From: Octopus bimaculoides
Taxonomy: Eukaryota
Assembly (NCBI RefSeq): GCF_001194135.2
Contig: NC_068984.1
Location: 67,389,570 to 67,440,368, forward strand
Direction of reading: 5' to 3'
Length of the DNA: 50,799 bases
Part shown: piece by piece, positions 50,776-50,799 of the stretch
Layout of the letters: every line of letters starts with the position of its first letter
Position numbering within the stretch: the stretch's first letter is position 1
Notes under the pieces: generated by a model
Databases searched by the model: none
What the model saw: only the letters and a program-made list of their open reading frames with translations
Told to the model about the DNA's origin: nothing
Program-made: the position numbers and the translations under genes

Positions 50776-50799
50776 ATATATGTATACATATATATATAT
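50630..50799. repeat. (TA)-based higher-order repeat (cacatatatatatgtatacatatatatata units)
   Basis: A unit of about 34-38 nt is repeated three times at the window end. Confidence 0.85.

Overview
AT-rich eukaryotic DNA, dense in microsatellites, from a fragmented draft assembly with 9 N-gaps. The SINE and retroelement sequences resemble octopus/cephalopod repeats as I recall them (not verified by a search). I recognise no intact protein-coding gene; almost all supplied ORFs are translations of (TA)n/(CA)n tracts or run through N-gaps. The supported content is retroelement debris. (1) At least four tRNA-SINE-like families, including tandem and nested copies. (2) Three decayed R4/Dong-type restriction-like-endonuclease (RLE) non-LTR fragments: two head-to-tail at about 33.8-36.2 kb and one inside a (TAA)n tract at about 25.1-25.4 kb. 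(3) A decayed Penelope-like element (PLE; RT plus GIY-YIG, minus strand, about 48.7-50.1 kb) bracketed by a ~250-bp inverted repeat. (4) Short elements carrying minimal hammerhead-ribozyme-like motifs. The best candidate for something new is a ~250-bp unit at 18.3-18.55 kb. It joins a Pol III tRNA-type head through a (TAA)n linker to a nearly complete minimal type I hammerhead, and a second, mutated motif of the same architecture lies at 29.77-29.80 kb (minus). A few splice-bounded open frames are listed as low-confidence candidate exons only. All alignments and translations were done by eye and boundaries are approximate.
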